Part shown: positions 25,926-38,523 of the stretch, piece by piece
How positions within the stretch are numbered: the stretch's first letter is position 1
How the letters are laid out: the number at the start of each line of letters is the position of its first letter
Source: Antedon mediterranea
Taxonomy: Eukaryota > Animalia > Echinodermata
Reading direction: 5' to 3'
NCBI RefSeq assembly: GCF_964355755.1
Contig: NC_092677.1
Location: forward strand, 12,050,101-12,114,100
DNA: 64,000 nucleotides
Notes under the pieces: model-generated
Database searches by the model: none
Told to the model about the DNA's origin: nothing
The model's input: only the letters and a program-made list of their open reading frames with translations
Made by a program: the position numbers and the translations under genes

Positions 25926-28900
25926 AGCACTTTATGCACGTTAGTGAAATTTATAAAAAGAAAGAGAGGAGACTACTGATGATGACCAAGATATACTATT
26001 TACTATTCTATTTTACCCTGAGCTTTAACTTTATTCCTAACCTTTAAACAGCAACATTTAAGAAATCTAATCCAATTTCATGGAGTTAAAATTCATGTAA
26101 AACCAGCATTGTAGTAGTTTCGTCACGCTAGACTGATGTACATCATAACACATAATTGGTTACGTCACGTAGTTCTACTGATTATTGATTAGTTTGCCTT
26201 TATTAATGGACTTATGGTCCGCAAAAAGCGTTCCTACTTTACCATCAATGATATATAAATATGAAGAGAAAGTGTATTCCAAAGGTTAGCATCGTGGTAT
26301 GTTAGTTATTATAGTTGTTACCATTATATAGTGGTCTTCCAAATTGCTACAGTAATAACAGACCTTGCATAAATTATACACACATTATGTATACTCATGG
26401 TTTCACAATTACTACTTAACCATAACTAACAATATAAATGTGGAAATTATCCTAATCTATTGTTTTGCTTTCTAGTCCCATAACATTATCTCTACTGAGC
26501 CACTTTTTTTGCTTTCTAAACCCATCACATTTTCTCTGAAGCTACTGTAGGCCTATAATTGTTTTTGCTTTCTAGGCTTAAAATATCTTCTCTTTTGCTT
26601 TATAGTCCTATAACATTATCTTTGAACTGAACTTCAGCATTCTCATTTTGCAGCAAGCTAGCGCCCACCATACACATCCGTGGGAGTAGAGTGGTTGAAT
26701 GTACTTTGAAATAACATTAAAATATATTTGTTAAATCGCCATGTCGTGATATTGGCATATGATGAAATTTGAACTGTGAAGGAAGTAGAGTACTCGATAC
26801 ACCCGGAAAATATACATTGTAGTATTTGATTTAGAGTCATTTTATTTAGACAAACCAACACAGAATCAATTAACAATTAAATTGATAAATTAACCGCTAG
26901 GTTAGTAACCTACTAGGTTATAGAAGTTCGCTTTCCAATTGTTTTCATGTTTGTAAAGTTTGTCATGTGTTTCTTTCTTTCTCGTCTTCTGTCAACATTT
27001 TTTCTTTCTTTCTCGAGGAAATTCTTTTGACGTTTCCATTATTTTTTCCTTCAGTACCGTATATATTGTAGTACAATCTTCAATCTTGTTTGTTTTAGAT
27101 TCTAATTTTTCCAACATTCTCTTTGTCCACATTTCAAAGAATTATTCCATAGTGCTTATTTGGGCCTTCTGGAAGAATCGTCCTTGACTGAAGAGGTCCC
27201 CAAATAAAAAAGAAGAAATAAATAAATTCAGGCACCGAACAAATTCTAAACCGCCCGGTGATATCCTGAAAATTAATTAACGATAATGATAAATATGGAG
27301 AAAGCTATGACAATAATATTCCAAAGGTTGGTTGGTTGTCTTGCCATCACATTTTTCAATCCTTTAAGAAACCTCCTTAAAACATAATTGTATTCTGTAT
27401 TTACTACACAACTCCTTTTCTTCTTAATTTTTTTTCACATTCATTGTATAATTCATTCAACTTAATTTTTTTTTAAATAACTTAGGATACTTCACAATCA
27501 GTAGGGCTATTGAATTTTTATGGTGTTTTTTCTTCAGGTTTAACGAACGAAAATATGTTATTTACTTTCATTGAGAAATTTTTAACAATAATGATTCATT
27601 ACACCCCCACTTTACGCTAGCTTTGTGTAGGTTATTTTCATTCAACTTTACATTTGCTAAATTATCATGCATCTACGAATAAGGCAACGCCCACTCAAAT
27701 GATTTTAGTCTCGTGTACAGCCACTACAACGTTTTCGTTCAATGTCATCGTATATGCAATATTCTCGTAACGGATGGATTGTTATTGTAGTATTTGCAAC
27801 ACGATTTATTCTAATCATAGGTATGAATGAATGCATTAATTCACATCCGGGTAGATTGCAACGTGGGCTAGTAACCTATTTATTCGGAAAGCTTTTGATG
27901 TACGTCATATTTTTAGAAACGTTAATAATTTAATGTGACATTTTCTATTACGATATTCCAAACTTTCCAATTTATTTACAAAACAAATGAAGACTATTGA
28001 TAATTGTTATTTTGAATATTACGTATTTTTTTTAAATTGGTATAATCATCGTCTTTTATATTGTTATAAATAAATGTGAGTGTTTTTTTATATAGCAAAT
28101 CATAATTAATAATGTAGTACAGTAATGTATAGCCGTTATTAATAGTGTTATTGTCGACGGCTAGGCCCTATATATTTATTGATTCATTTATTTAATAAAA
28201 AATAAATATGTACAAATTTAATTTTGTTTACACAATACGTGTATAAATAAAAAATAATATTTAATCTGTATTAACTAATATATATTAAATTCGTGCCGTT
28301 GCATACCTAAGAATTTTTCCAGCGAACCACCCATTTTCCACTTTCTACTTGAATATTAATATTGGCCGGAAACCTTATTTCTGTCTTTAAAGTCGATGAA
28401 ACCACATCAAAACATAAAAGGCACAGTTACAATTTTAAGTTAATAAATATATTAATATCTTCGAGAAGAGAACGATTTGGTAAATCATTCGGCATACAGT
28501 AATATTAATCCACTTTCTTTCGTGAAGTGTTGTATAGAATAAAACCTAGGCTAAGTCTACCTAGCGAGTCAAGTCCCTTGATTAAACGTTAGCATCCGCA
28601 CAGTGAAGTCCCTGGATTTTGCGTGGGCGGTTGCATCAAATTAGTGTTAACTTCGTCGCTGCAGAAGCAGACTATCTCCATGGCGTCCGTCCACGAATTC
28701 CCGCTTTCAATAATAATAATCAACATCATTGTTCGGCTAGAATAGGATGTGAGCTATTCTGATGTTTTTATTGCTGTGGATAAAACGTCCCTATATCTGG
28801 ACATGTCGTACGTTTGGGACAGTGTCACTGTTATCCTCCATCTAAGCTTAGTACTAAGCTTATATTTTAATTACTAAAAGATGTACAGCATTGTGAATTT

Positions 28901-29366
28901 ATTACAATTTATACTGTACAAATTCATAATTAGATTACTTTGTTGCGACATATTATTTGTATTTTAGTGCCTGATTTTTTTTTTTTTGTAATTACAGATT
29001 TTTTTTAATTTCTTTGTATTATTAGCGAACTTTCGTTCAAATGTTTTGGTGATGTAGTAAACGACCCATCGCTTGTAGTTTTTCCTCTTTTTTGTTATCA
29101 TTGAGCCGGTAGCCAGAAGGTCATGTGAAAGCAACTGAAGAAATGATATATTTAGACCTAAGAATGATTTGCCTGCAGCGTGCTAGGTAGTTGGCCAAAT
29201 AAATGTCAAGAGTTAGGCCTATTTTACTAGCACTTTTGCTGGTAATTAGAAAATTGAATTTCAAGGGAAAAATGGGGTCTTTCGAACCCTAGGCTACACA
29301 GGCTTGAACAGAAATATTGTCAAAGAAAAAAAACATGACCTCATTTTCTAAATGTATGTTTCGCAG

Positions 29367-29527
29367 AGTGATAAGGCTATGGTTAATGACTTGGTATGTA
29401 AGCTCCTAGATTCGGAACCATTTACCCCCGAAGTTCATCAGGCAATGAAACGACTTTGGGCAGACTCAGGAATCCAAGAAATTTATAGTCGATCCAGCGA
29501 ATACCAACTAAACGATTCAGCACAATA
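29367..29527 (+). CDS. GNAO: G-alpha-o exon 4
   Basis: [53 protein letters not shown](Y); 161 nt; AG/GT. Confidence 0.95.
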
Positions 29528-30067
29528 GTAAGTATATAGTATTTAATTACAATGAAATTGAGATATATTTGACAATTTAAATTTGTTTACAAAGTTTCTG
29601 GAAATTCTGCTCTTCTTCAAGAGTTTTTTTAAACGCTTAAACGTTGGATTTTCGGTTCCCTTTGATCTGTCAAATTATTGGTGCAGGTCTATCAATACCT
29701 ATAGTATATCGAAGTCATGTCGTGGCTAGGTATGGACCAATAGAGCATTTAGGTGTTACAACTTTTCGGCACAGTACTTCGTTGGATTCGCCTTTCCAGT
29801 TTGTGATTATCTGAGACTGATAATTTAATTTTATAAATTCAATTAACAAACTTAATAAAATATCCATATCCAAACTTTATGTTTATGAATGAAAATAGTA
29901 TATATTTAAAAAGATAATATAATAATAAATAAAATAATATATATAATAATAAAATTGTTTATTTATGTTTTGAAATGAAATAAAGGTGAGTAAACCTCAC
30001 AAAAGAGAAAAAAATATCCATATCTACTTACTGTGGACTTTAATGAAAATAACTGTTCCTTACCTAG

Positions 30068-30196
30068 TTTTCTAGAAAGTCTTGACCGTCTAGCAGAAAG
30101 TGAATACGTACCTAATGAACAAGACATTCTAAGAACAAGGGTCAAGACGACTGGAATCGTTGAAACACATTTTAACTTTAAAAATTTGCATTTTAG
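30068..30196 (+). CDS. GNAO: G-alpha-o exon 5 (switch I)
   Basis: [42 protein letters not shown](R); 129 nt. Confidence 0.95.
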
Positions 30197-30224
30197 GTAT
30201 GTATCAAAATATATTTAACATCGT

Positions 30225-30530
30225 CTTCTTCATGTTCATCTTATTTTGATGTTCATCTTGTGTTTACCTCTTTCCATCTTCATCTTCTCTCTATGTTGAT
30301 CTTCTTGCCATCTTTGAATCTTCATATTTCCATCTTTATCTTTCAATCGTAATCCTCTTTTTATCTTCATCTTCTTCTTTCTAGATTCATCTTCTTACCA
30401 TCTTCATCTTTTCATCTTAATGTTTTCATCTTCTTTCTATCTTCATCTTCTTTCCATCTTCATCTTCCTTTCATCTTCATCTTTTTTCATCTTCATTTTC
30501 TTTTCATCTTCATCCTCTTTCTATGTTCAT
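30225..30530. repeat. Degenerate (ATCTTC)n low-complexity tract
   Basis: repeated catcttc units. Confidence 0.8.
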
Positions 30531-30845
30531 TCTTTTGTTCCATTACAATATTGATTTACTGTAGTATTCCTGATGGCATTATGAATGTTGAAATATATTG
30601 GTTTGTTTATGTAATCTATATATATATATAAATATTCACACCACGTTTATCTGTACCATGCCTGTATTATCAACAATCGCGTGTGCAGTTTTATAAATAG
30701 GTATAAATAAAATGGATGACCACCAAGTGAGGATTACAACGTAGATTAACCAGGATTACGTATCCCTATGATCTCAATAAATATCGGCTGCCAGTTCATC
30801 CCAGCAATTTATTATAAACCGTTCTAATTCATATTTTAATTACAG

Positions 30846-30975
30846 GTTATTTGATGTAGGGGGCCAAAGGTCAGAGCGGAAAAAATGGATCCATTGTTTC
30901 GAAGATGTCACAGCAATTATATTCTGTGTAGCGCTCAGTGGATATGATCAAAGGCTACTTGAAGATGACCTAACG
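30846..30975 (+). CDS. GNAO: G-alpha-o exon 6 (switch II)
   Basis: [43 protein letters not shown]; 130 nt. Confidence 0.95.
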
Positions 30976-31522
30976 GTAAATAACATGACTGCAGACTAAT
31001 ACATAATAACTTTAATTACTGGTAAAAGGGATGAATCTGGATCATAATTTGCATAATGGATTGGGTCAGTAGAGCATGATATCAGGTTGACATAGGTGAC
31101 AATAGTGAATGAAAGTGGTAGTGATGATGATTAGCTGATTATTATTATTCAATATTTAACAAACCGTGGCAATACAATATTATTTTTCCTGGAATCATCG
31201 CAAAGTATTTTAATTTTGTATTAATTAATGAGCAGTAGCCTACTTTGAATATAATAATGATTGTTGATGCGCAGCCTCTAATAGTAGTGAGCCTATGATT
31301 TGCGACGACCAAACGACGTCATGTTATAGTTCATTGTGCGCATGCTGGAATATTGGGACGTGTCCTCGTTTGATGGTTTCTAGGTACCAATACATCGAGT
31401 ATAACGTCATAATGCGCACGTTAAGAGAATCCTACATCACGACTACCCAGTTAAGTGGTGCCTTATTTACGTACAATAGTAAAAACAAATCATTTATACT
31501 TTTTGCCATATTTTTTTTCCAG

Positions 31523-31676
31523 AATCGACTGCACGAAAGTTTAAAATTGTTTGATTCAATTTGCAACAACAAGTGGTTCACTGAAACGTCCATTATACTG
31601 TTTTTAAACAAGAAAGACTTGTTTGAAGGAAAGATAAAAAGATCTCCGTTAAAAGTCTGTTTTCCGGAGTACACTG
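31523..31676 (+). CDS. GNAO: G-alpha-o exon 7
   Basis: [51 protein letters not shown]; 154 nt. Confidence 0.95.
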
Positions 31677-32348
31677 GTAAGGTGTTTTGTTTCAAATGTA
31701 GGCCTATTACTGAGTTCCAGACGGAGTTTTGACTTAATATTAGTAAAAAAAATATAATATTTTTGCACATACGGCCTTTCATACGTATTCTATTCTATTG
31801 AGCTTGGATACTTCTGGAGAAAAATGATTAGTGCATATGATTATCCGGTTGACAAGTTTCAGCCGCATGTAATTGGATAGTCACTATAAAATATATTAAT
31901 ATGCATTTTTGGAAACTAAGATGATGCGCATGCGCTATGTTACGTTTAGACGATGTAGAGACACACGTGTGTAGTTTTGGTACTCGAACACATTCATTCC
32001 TCACAGTATTCACCGTCAGTTTTGGCGGTTTTGTGCAATGCGTAGATGCTAGGTACGTCGTCGACAGTCGAAAGCTTCCTGTTTTGAAGGAAACGCTCTG
32101 ATAAGGATTTTTTATGCTACATAGCATAGAAAAAGCTCGTTGGTGTGTTCTTTCTAAACAGTAGTTTATCGTGAGAAGATGACGTAGCAGAGAAAAGTTT
32201 ATCAAATGGTTGTGTATTGTCGTTTGTGGGAATTCACTCGGAACATATTTAGGCCTTGCAGATTAGGATGAGTATTATAGGGAGATAAATTACCCCATGA
32301 TTTAGGTTTTTAAAATCTCTTTTCATTTTAACATCGTTCTTTTTTCAG

Positions 32349-32536
32349 GCCCAAACGAATTTCTTCCAGCAGCTCAGTACATTCAGGGCAAATTCGAAAC
32401 TATGAACAAGAGTCCAAATAAAGAAATTTACGCGCATATGACGTGTGCAACGGATACCACCAATATTCAATTCGTCTTTGATGCCGTTACAGACACCATC
32501 ATAGCGAATAACCTACGTGGTTGTGGACTCTACTAG
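32349..32536 (+). CDS. GNAO: G-alpha-o exon 8 (terminal coding exon)
   Basis: [61 protein letters not shown]; Go-diagnostic C-terminus; exons sum to 1065 nt = 354 aa + stop. Confidence 0.95.
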
Positions 32537-35500
32537 CCCAAGAAAATGAACATTTCTACATTACAACAATACGTCATAGTCATCGGTGTATAGAACCGTA
32601 GCTGCAAAGATTACCAAATCTAATACCAACATAAAGGTGATGGATATGACGTCGTTAAAGAGAGCCGATTAGAAAGTGCTGGGCGGGTTTTCAATGCATT
32701 CTATGTGTCAAAACTGTGTTTTCTCTTCGGAAAAAGTACCATGTACCACGATGACGACAATCTACATCCTAACTTCGTTTTGTAATATTTTCTTCAGCCT
32801 AGATCACATTTTAACGCACCAGGCTGTCAATCTGTTTCAGTTGAAACAGAACACAAAGCTAGCCTGAAGTCCAGTAGATTGTATTTCTTTGCAAAGTTAA
32901 ATGAAGAAAAAGATGGCGTCCAGTGTTCGCATTGATGTTGATTATATATAACAGTGGTAGTAAAAATGTCTTTCTCTGATTGTTTCAACAAGGTGATTTT
33001 AAGCGTGCCGATCCGAGCAAGCATAAACCGCTTAGCGTAGTAGTTCCATAGTTTGTCATATTAGCTCACAATTAAGCCTGGTTCCACATGCTACGCATCT
33101 GCACTTCCGTAGATTATCTGAGTGGTGGATCTTCTTCATTGTACGTCAGTGGAGGAGCCCTTTTACTGGTTAAATCACTAGCGTTAGCGCAAGTGCATAG
33201 ATATTGGCAACCAGCCGTCGGAACCACATATTTTTTTTCTACTTGCAATGCCACTACTTTTGTTTACTGGTCTGGTTGATTGTATGTTGTGGTGTACTTT
33301 TTGTGACGTCAGTCCCTACTATGCGCACGCACTTTAGTTTACGACAAATTAGATTCCGAGCGGATTGTATATAAACATATTGTTATCTTTTTGTAATTTT
33401 TCAATAATAAATGTGTAGCAATTTTCAAAACTAGTTTTATATTTCAGTTATCGCATAATATGCCTCTGATTAATTTTCACCATTATTTACCAAATTATTC
33501 TTATATTTGGTGCTATTTATTTCCAAATGTAAACTGATTTTTGTTTACTACTTGTATTTTAACAAGGCGAGGATTTTGAAATTGACAGTTCTGTGCTCTG
33601 TATTTCGTATAAAGATATTTATACATTTCAAACAGCTGTGTTTATAATTATAGTAAAATAATCTCTTTAAAATTTAAGAATTGAATGGAAAACCGATAAC
33701 CGATAATCATTCTCTAGATACTGGACCAAAACCATTCCTAGTGACGTCTGCTAACAGTCACGCTTTAAATATCATTCCTTAGGCCTATATATTAGTTAAC
33801 AATAGTTTGAGATTATTTTTGAATTATTATTTATACAGTTATTAAACAAAGCTTCTGTTTTTGTTATGATTAGGCCTATACGTTTTTTTGTAAAGTGAAT
33901 GCCAGAAACCCTTTTTTAACATTCTGAAAGTTGCCAATAATGCGCGTTGTAGGCCCACCCAGTAAACACAGTATTGTTTTGCAAAAAACTTTTTGCGTTT
34001 AAGAAATTGCGACCACCAAACAAAACCAGTGGCCTGAACGTACTGGTAAAGTCTGCGTCTTGAGTACTTTTTTTTAATGTAGATGTAGCCTAAGCCTAAA
34101 TGTTTATATTTTCAGTGTAGATGATGGTGTCTCCTCTATTCACACTACCTTACTACGCAATGCAAAGACGTACGCGCACCGTAAGCATTTTGACCAATCA
34201 TTCGCGAAAGTTCAAATGATCCGTCGCTTGTGATTGGTCAAATTAAAGTATTTGCGTTGCGTCCTAGTGAGAACCTAATGTGACATTTCCATAACACTGC
34301 ATAATTAGATTACACATTTTTCTCAGCATGGTCTTTCGAGTTCGAGAATAGGCCTATACTGTTTTGTTTTTTAAATTATACGTTACTGCAATTTGATTCG
34401 ATTATCATGCATTTTAAAACGAAAGCTTTGGAATGTTTTAATTGTTTATTAAAATATTTCATCCGTATAATGCTATATTTTTTTAATATTAATATTTAGC
34501 TTTGTGCGTAATATTGTGTATTTATGAATAGTAATTATACCAGATTTTACTCAGGAAAAATTGGTCACACCCAGCTATTACACCACCAAAAGTTTAGCTT
34601 TACCAACACCCGAAAAAGCATTTTCCCAAAAAGAAAAGAGAGAAACGTAGGAGGTGCGTTTTCGCATCGTACTGGCTGGCTCGCTGATTTTTCTGTTCAC
34701 AATTTTTGTAAGGAAAGTTAACATTTGTTAAATTCATACCAATTTTTTCAACCCTCAACATTTTTTTAGATAGCCTATTGCGTTACTGTGGCGTATTGCA
34801 TATTTTTTCAACAAGCCGCTACAGTAAACTTGTAGTTCTTATTTTTATCACGTGTTATATAATAGAGTCATATAGGCCTGATTATAATTAACATATTTGG
34901 ACACTTTGCAATATGTAAATTTACGTTTCAAATTTATTTTGATTTAGAAGTTTTTTTTATTAGCTTTACAGTAAAGTTATATAATTATATATATAAAACT
35001 CTTTAAAATATATTTTGAAGACTAAAATTATGCAAAAAAAGAGAGAATTTAATATAAATAATTTTGTGATTTACAAACACTCTTGACAGATGTCACATAT
35101 CAAGTCATTTCACATATAATCATGAACAATTATATTTACTTAATTTTTTCTAATCTTTTTAAAACATTATCAATGAAACTGATATTAAGTTTTAATCGCT
35201 AGAAATAATCACTGAACGGCGTATACCACTTTGTAGATGATAATGCGCTCGCCCGCTCGTCATTTTTTCCGTAGGTGAGCAATGGAGAAATCATACAAAT
35301 TCAGTAAGGCAGAGAAAATATATGAATAATTAATGATTTCAGTATCGCTTGCCTACGAAAAGAATATTATACCGATGGTTCACTCAATACCATAATCCAA
35401 TCATAAGAAAAGGATGCGCGTAACAGTCATCTATTTTAAGTTTTGTGATTGGTTAACCTCTTGAACTTTGACACAGTTATAAACAGTTCGTTATGTCACT

Positions 35501-36092
35501 ATTCACTTATCACACACTTGTATAATATTTTAGATGGGCATACTTACGCAAGTATTGCCACCAAATGAGTCTTGTTGCGATTAAGCCTCGTCGTATTTTT
35601 TTTTTGCAGAATATTTGGAATTAGGTAAAAAAAAATAGCGTAGGCCTAAATTTCGAATTTAATTTTTCCATAACAAAATTTTATTTAAAGCAACACGACT
35701 CATTTTCCGGGTTGAATAGCCAATTATAGATATGTATTTTTAAAAAAAGATAATTATTTCTAGACAAATCAAAAATGTATTTCTCAAAAACGGTAAATTT
35801 GCTTCTAGGAGATTTAAACACTTTGGTCGCCCTTCGTGTAAATAATAATAATTATAATACTGTATACGAACACTTTCTCTGTATTTTTGTTTGCCCACGT
35901 CTTAAGATACACGTTTGAGCGTATCGAAAGTTTATGTGTGGCCAATATGACGTCATACCTTATGTGCAACGTGATTGGTCAGTGAAAACAATGGCATTGT
36001 TTTGATTGTATTAGGATTGTGTGATAACCATGTTTATTATTCTATAATATGTGCAGATTATTCCGTTTGTACAATTTTTGTAAATGCTTCTC

Positions 36093-36098
36093 AATAAA
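36093..36098 (+). terminator. Candidate distal poly(A) signal of the G-alpha gene (proximal candidate 33406-33411)
   Basis: AATAAA followed ~40 nt later by GT-rich ttgtgttttgtttttgg. Confidence 0.35.
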
Positions 36099-36539
36099 AA
36101 TCATACAAACCAATTGATAACACTACTTAAGATAGAAATTGTGTTTTGTTTTTGGATAATTAAGAAAACCTACCTGTTTTTCCAAAAAATTGCCAAATTT
36201 TGTCCCTGTACTTATTTTTAAATGTCCAAAATATCGACTTTTAAAAATTAAATTATTGTGCAATAATATTGCCATATATGTGCATATATTGCATTATCAT
36301 CATCTTATAGAGTCATAGTAACAAGTTATTTCTAAAATATAAAAGGGTCTAAAATTTCCCTTTACTATTAGTACAGAGTTTTTTTCAAAAATGGCCAAAA
36401 TATATTTTTACAATTCAATTATTATGCAATAATATTGCCATATATGTGCATATTATATTGCGTTATCATCATATTTTAGAGTCATGGTAACCAGTTATGT
36501 CAAAATAAAAAGGGTTGAAATTTGAGCCTTTTGAAAAAA

Positions 36540-38523
36540 AATCCCTGTACTATATACTATCGAATAATAGGTTCTCCCCATGCCAATTGTGCTATACTAA
36601 CCAGTTTTATCGAAAATAAAAAGGTCGAAAATTGGTCATTTTTTGAAAAATTCTCTTTATAAGTAAGTGTCAATTGGCTATAGTAACCACTTTTGACATA
36701 AATGGTTACTATAGCATACGCAGTTTAACCAGTTTAATCGAAAAATAAAAAGGTCGAAAATTGGTTCTTATTTTAAATATCCCTGTATTATAGTACAGTA
36801 CAGGGAAATTTTAGAAAAATCGCCAATTTTCGACCTTCTCATTTCTTGACATAAATTGTTACTATAGCATAATAACGATGCGCAGAGACGAATAATGGGT
36901 TCTGCGCATGCCAATTGTGCGGTAGTAACCAGTTTAATCGAAAAATAAAAAGGTCGAAAATTGGTTCTTTTTTGAAAATATTCCTGTACTATAGTACAGG
37001 GAAAAATCGCCAATTTTCGACCTTTTTATTTTTTGACATAAATGGTTACTATAGCACAATAAACATGCGCAGAGTCGAATAATGCGTACTGCGCATGTCA
37101 ATTGGCTATAGTACCACTTTTGACATAAATGGTTACTATAGCATAATAACGATGCGCAGAGACGAATAATGGTTCTGCGCATGTCAATTGGCTATAGTAA
37201 CCACTTTTGACATAAATGGTTACTATAGCATAATAACGATGCGCAGTGTCGAATAATGCGTTCTGCGCATGTCAATTGGCTATAGTAACCACTTTTGACA
37301 TAAATGGTTACTATAGCATAATAACGATGCGCAGAGTCGAATAATGGGTTCTGCGCATGCCAATTGTGCTATAGTAACCAGTTTAATCGAAAAATAAAAA
37401 GGTCAAAAATTAGTTCTTTTTTTAAAATATTCCTGTAGGCTACTATAGTACAGGGAAAAATCGCCAATTTTCGACCTTTTTATTTTTTGACATAAATGGT
37501 TACTATAGCACAATAAACATGCGCAGAGTCGAATAATGCGTACTGCGCATGTCAATTGGCTATAGTACCACTTTTGACATAAATGGTTACTATAGCATAA
37601 TAACGATGCGCAGAGACGAATAATGGGTTCTGCGCATGTCAATTGGCTATAGTAACCACTTTTGACATAAATGGTTACTATAGACTAATAACGATGCGCA
37701 GAGTCGAATAATGCGTTCTGCGCATGTCAATTGGCTATAGTAACCACTTTTGACATAAATGGTTACTATAGCATAATAACGATGCGCAGAGTCGAATAAT
37801 GGGTTCTGCGCATGCCAATTGTGCTATAGTAACCAGTTTAATCGAAAAATAAAAAGGTCAAAAATTGGTTCTTTTTTTAAAATATCCCTGTACTATAGTA
37901 CAGGGAAATTTTCGAAAAATCGCAAATTTTCAACCTTTTTATTTTTTGACAAATGGTTAGGCCTACTATAGAACAATAAACATGCGCAGAATCGAATAAT
38001 GCGTTCTGCGAATCTAAAATTGGCTATAGTAACCACTTTTGACATAAATGGTTACTATAGCATAATAACGATGCGCAGAGACAAATAATGAGTTCTGCGA
38101 ACTATAGTACAGGGAAATTTTCGAAAATTCGCCAATTTTCGACTTTCTAATTTTTTGACATAAATGGTTACTATAGCACAATAAACATGCGCAGAGTCGA
38201 ATAATGCGTTCTGCGCATGTCAATTGGCTATAGTAATCACTTTTGACATAAATGGTTACTATAGCGTAATAACGATGCGCAGAGACGAATAATGGGTTCT
38301 GCGCATGCCAATTGTGCTGTAGTAACCAGTTTAATCGAAAAATAAAAAGGTCGAAAATTGGGGTTTTTTTTGAAAAAAATCTCTTTACTATAAGTACAGG
38401 GAAATTTTCGAGAAATGGACAATTTTCGATCATTTTATTTTTTTACATAAATGGTTACTATAGCATTATAAACATGCGCAGAGTCGAATAATGCGTTCTG
38501 GGCATGTCCATTGGCTATAGTAA
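36540..38523. repeat. Palindromic satellite 1 (~88-bp short unit plus longer unit), left part
   Basis: unit gcatgtcaattggctatagtaaccacttttgacataaatggttactatagcataataacgatgcgcagagtcgaataatgcgttctgc. Confidence 0.93.

Noticed and set aside
25171-25939. Minus-strand LPYTILT / YSTLYNS repeat ORFs
   Set aside because: 21-bp intronic minisatellite, antisense to the G-alpha gene
32537-36200. Duplicate mutually exclusive exons 7/8 as in vertebrate GNAO1
   Set aside because: No second NKKD- or TCAT-encoding exon found downstream by eye
36768-38433. Cys-rich ORFs (IIRLCASLLCYSNHLCQK)
   Set aside because: Translations of satellite 1; the 88-bp unit is not a multiple of 3
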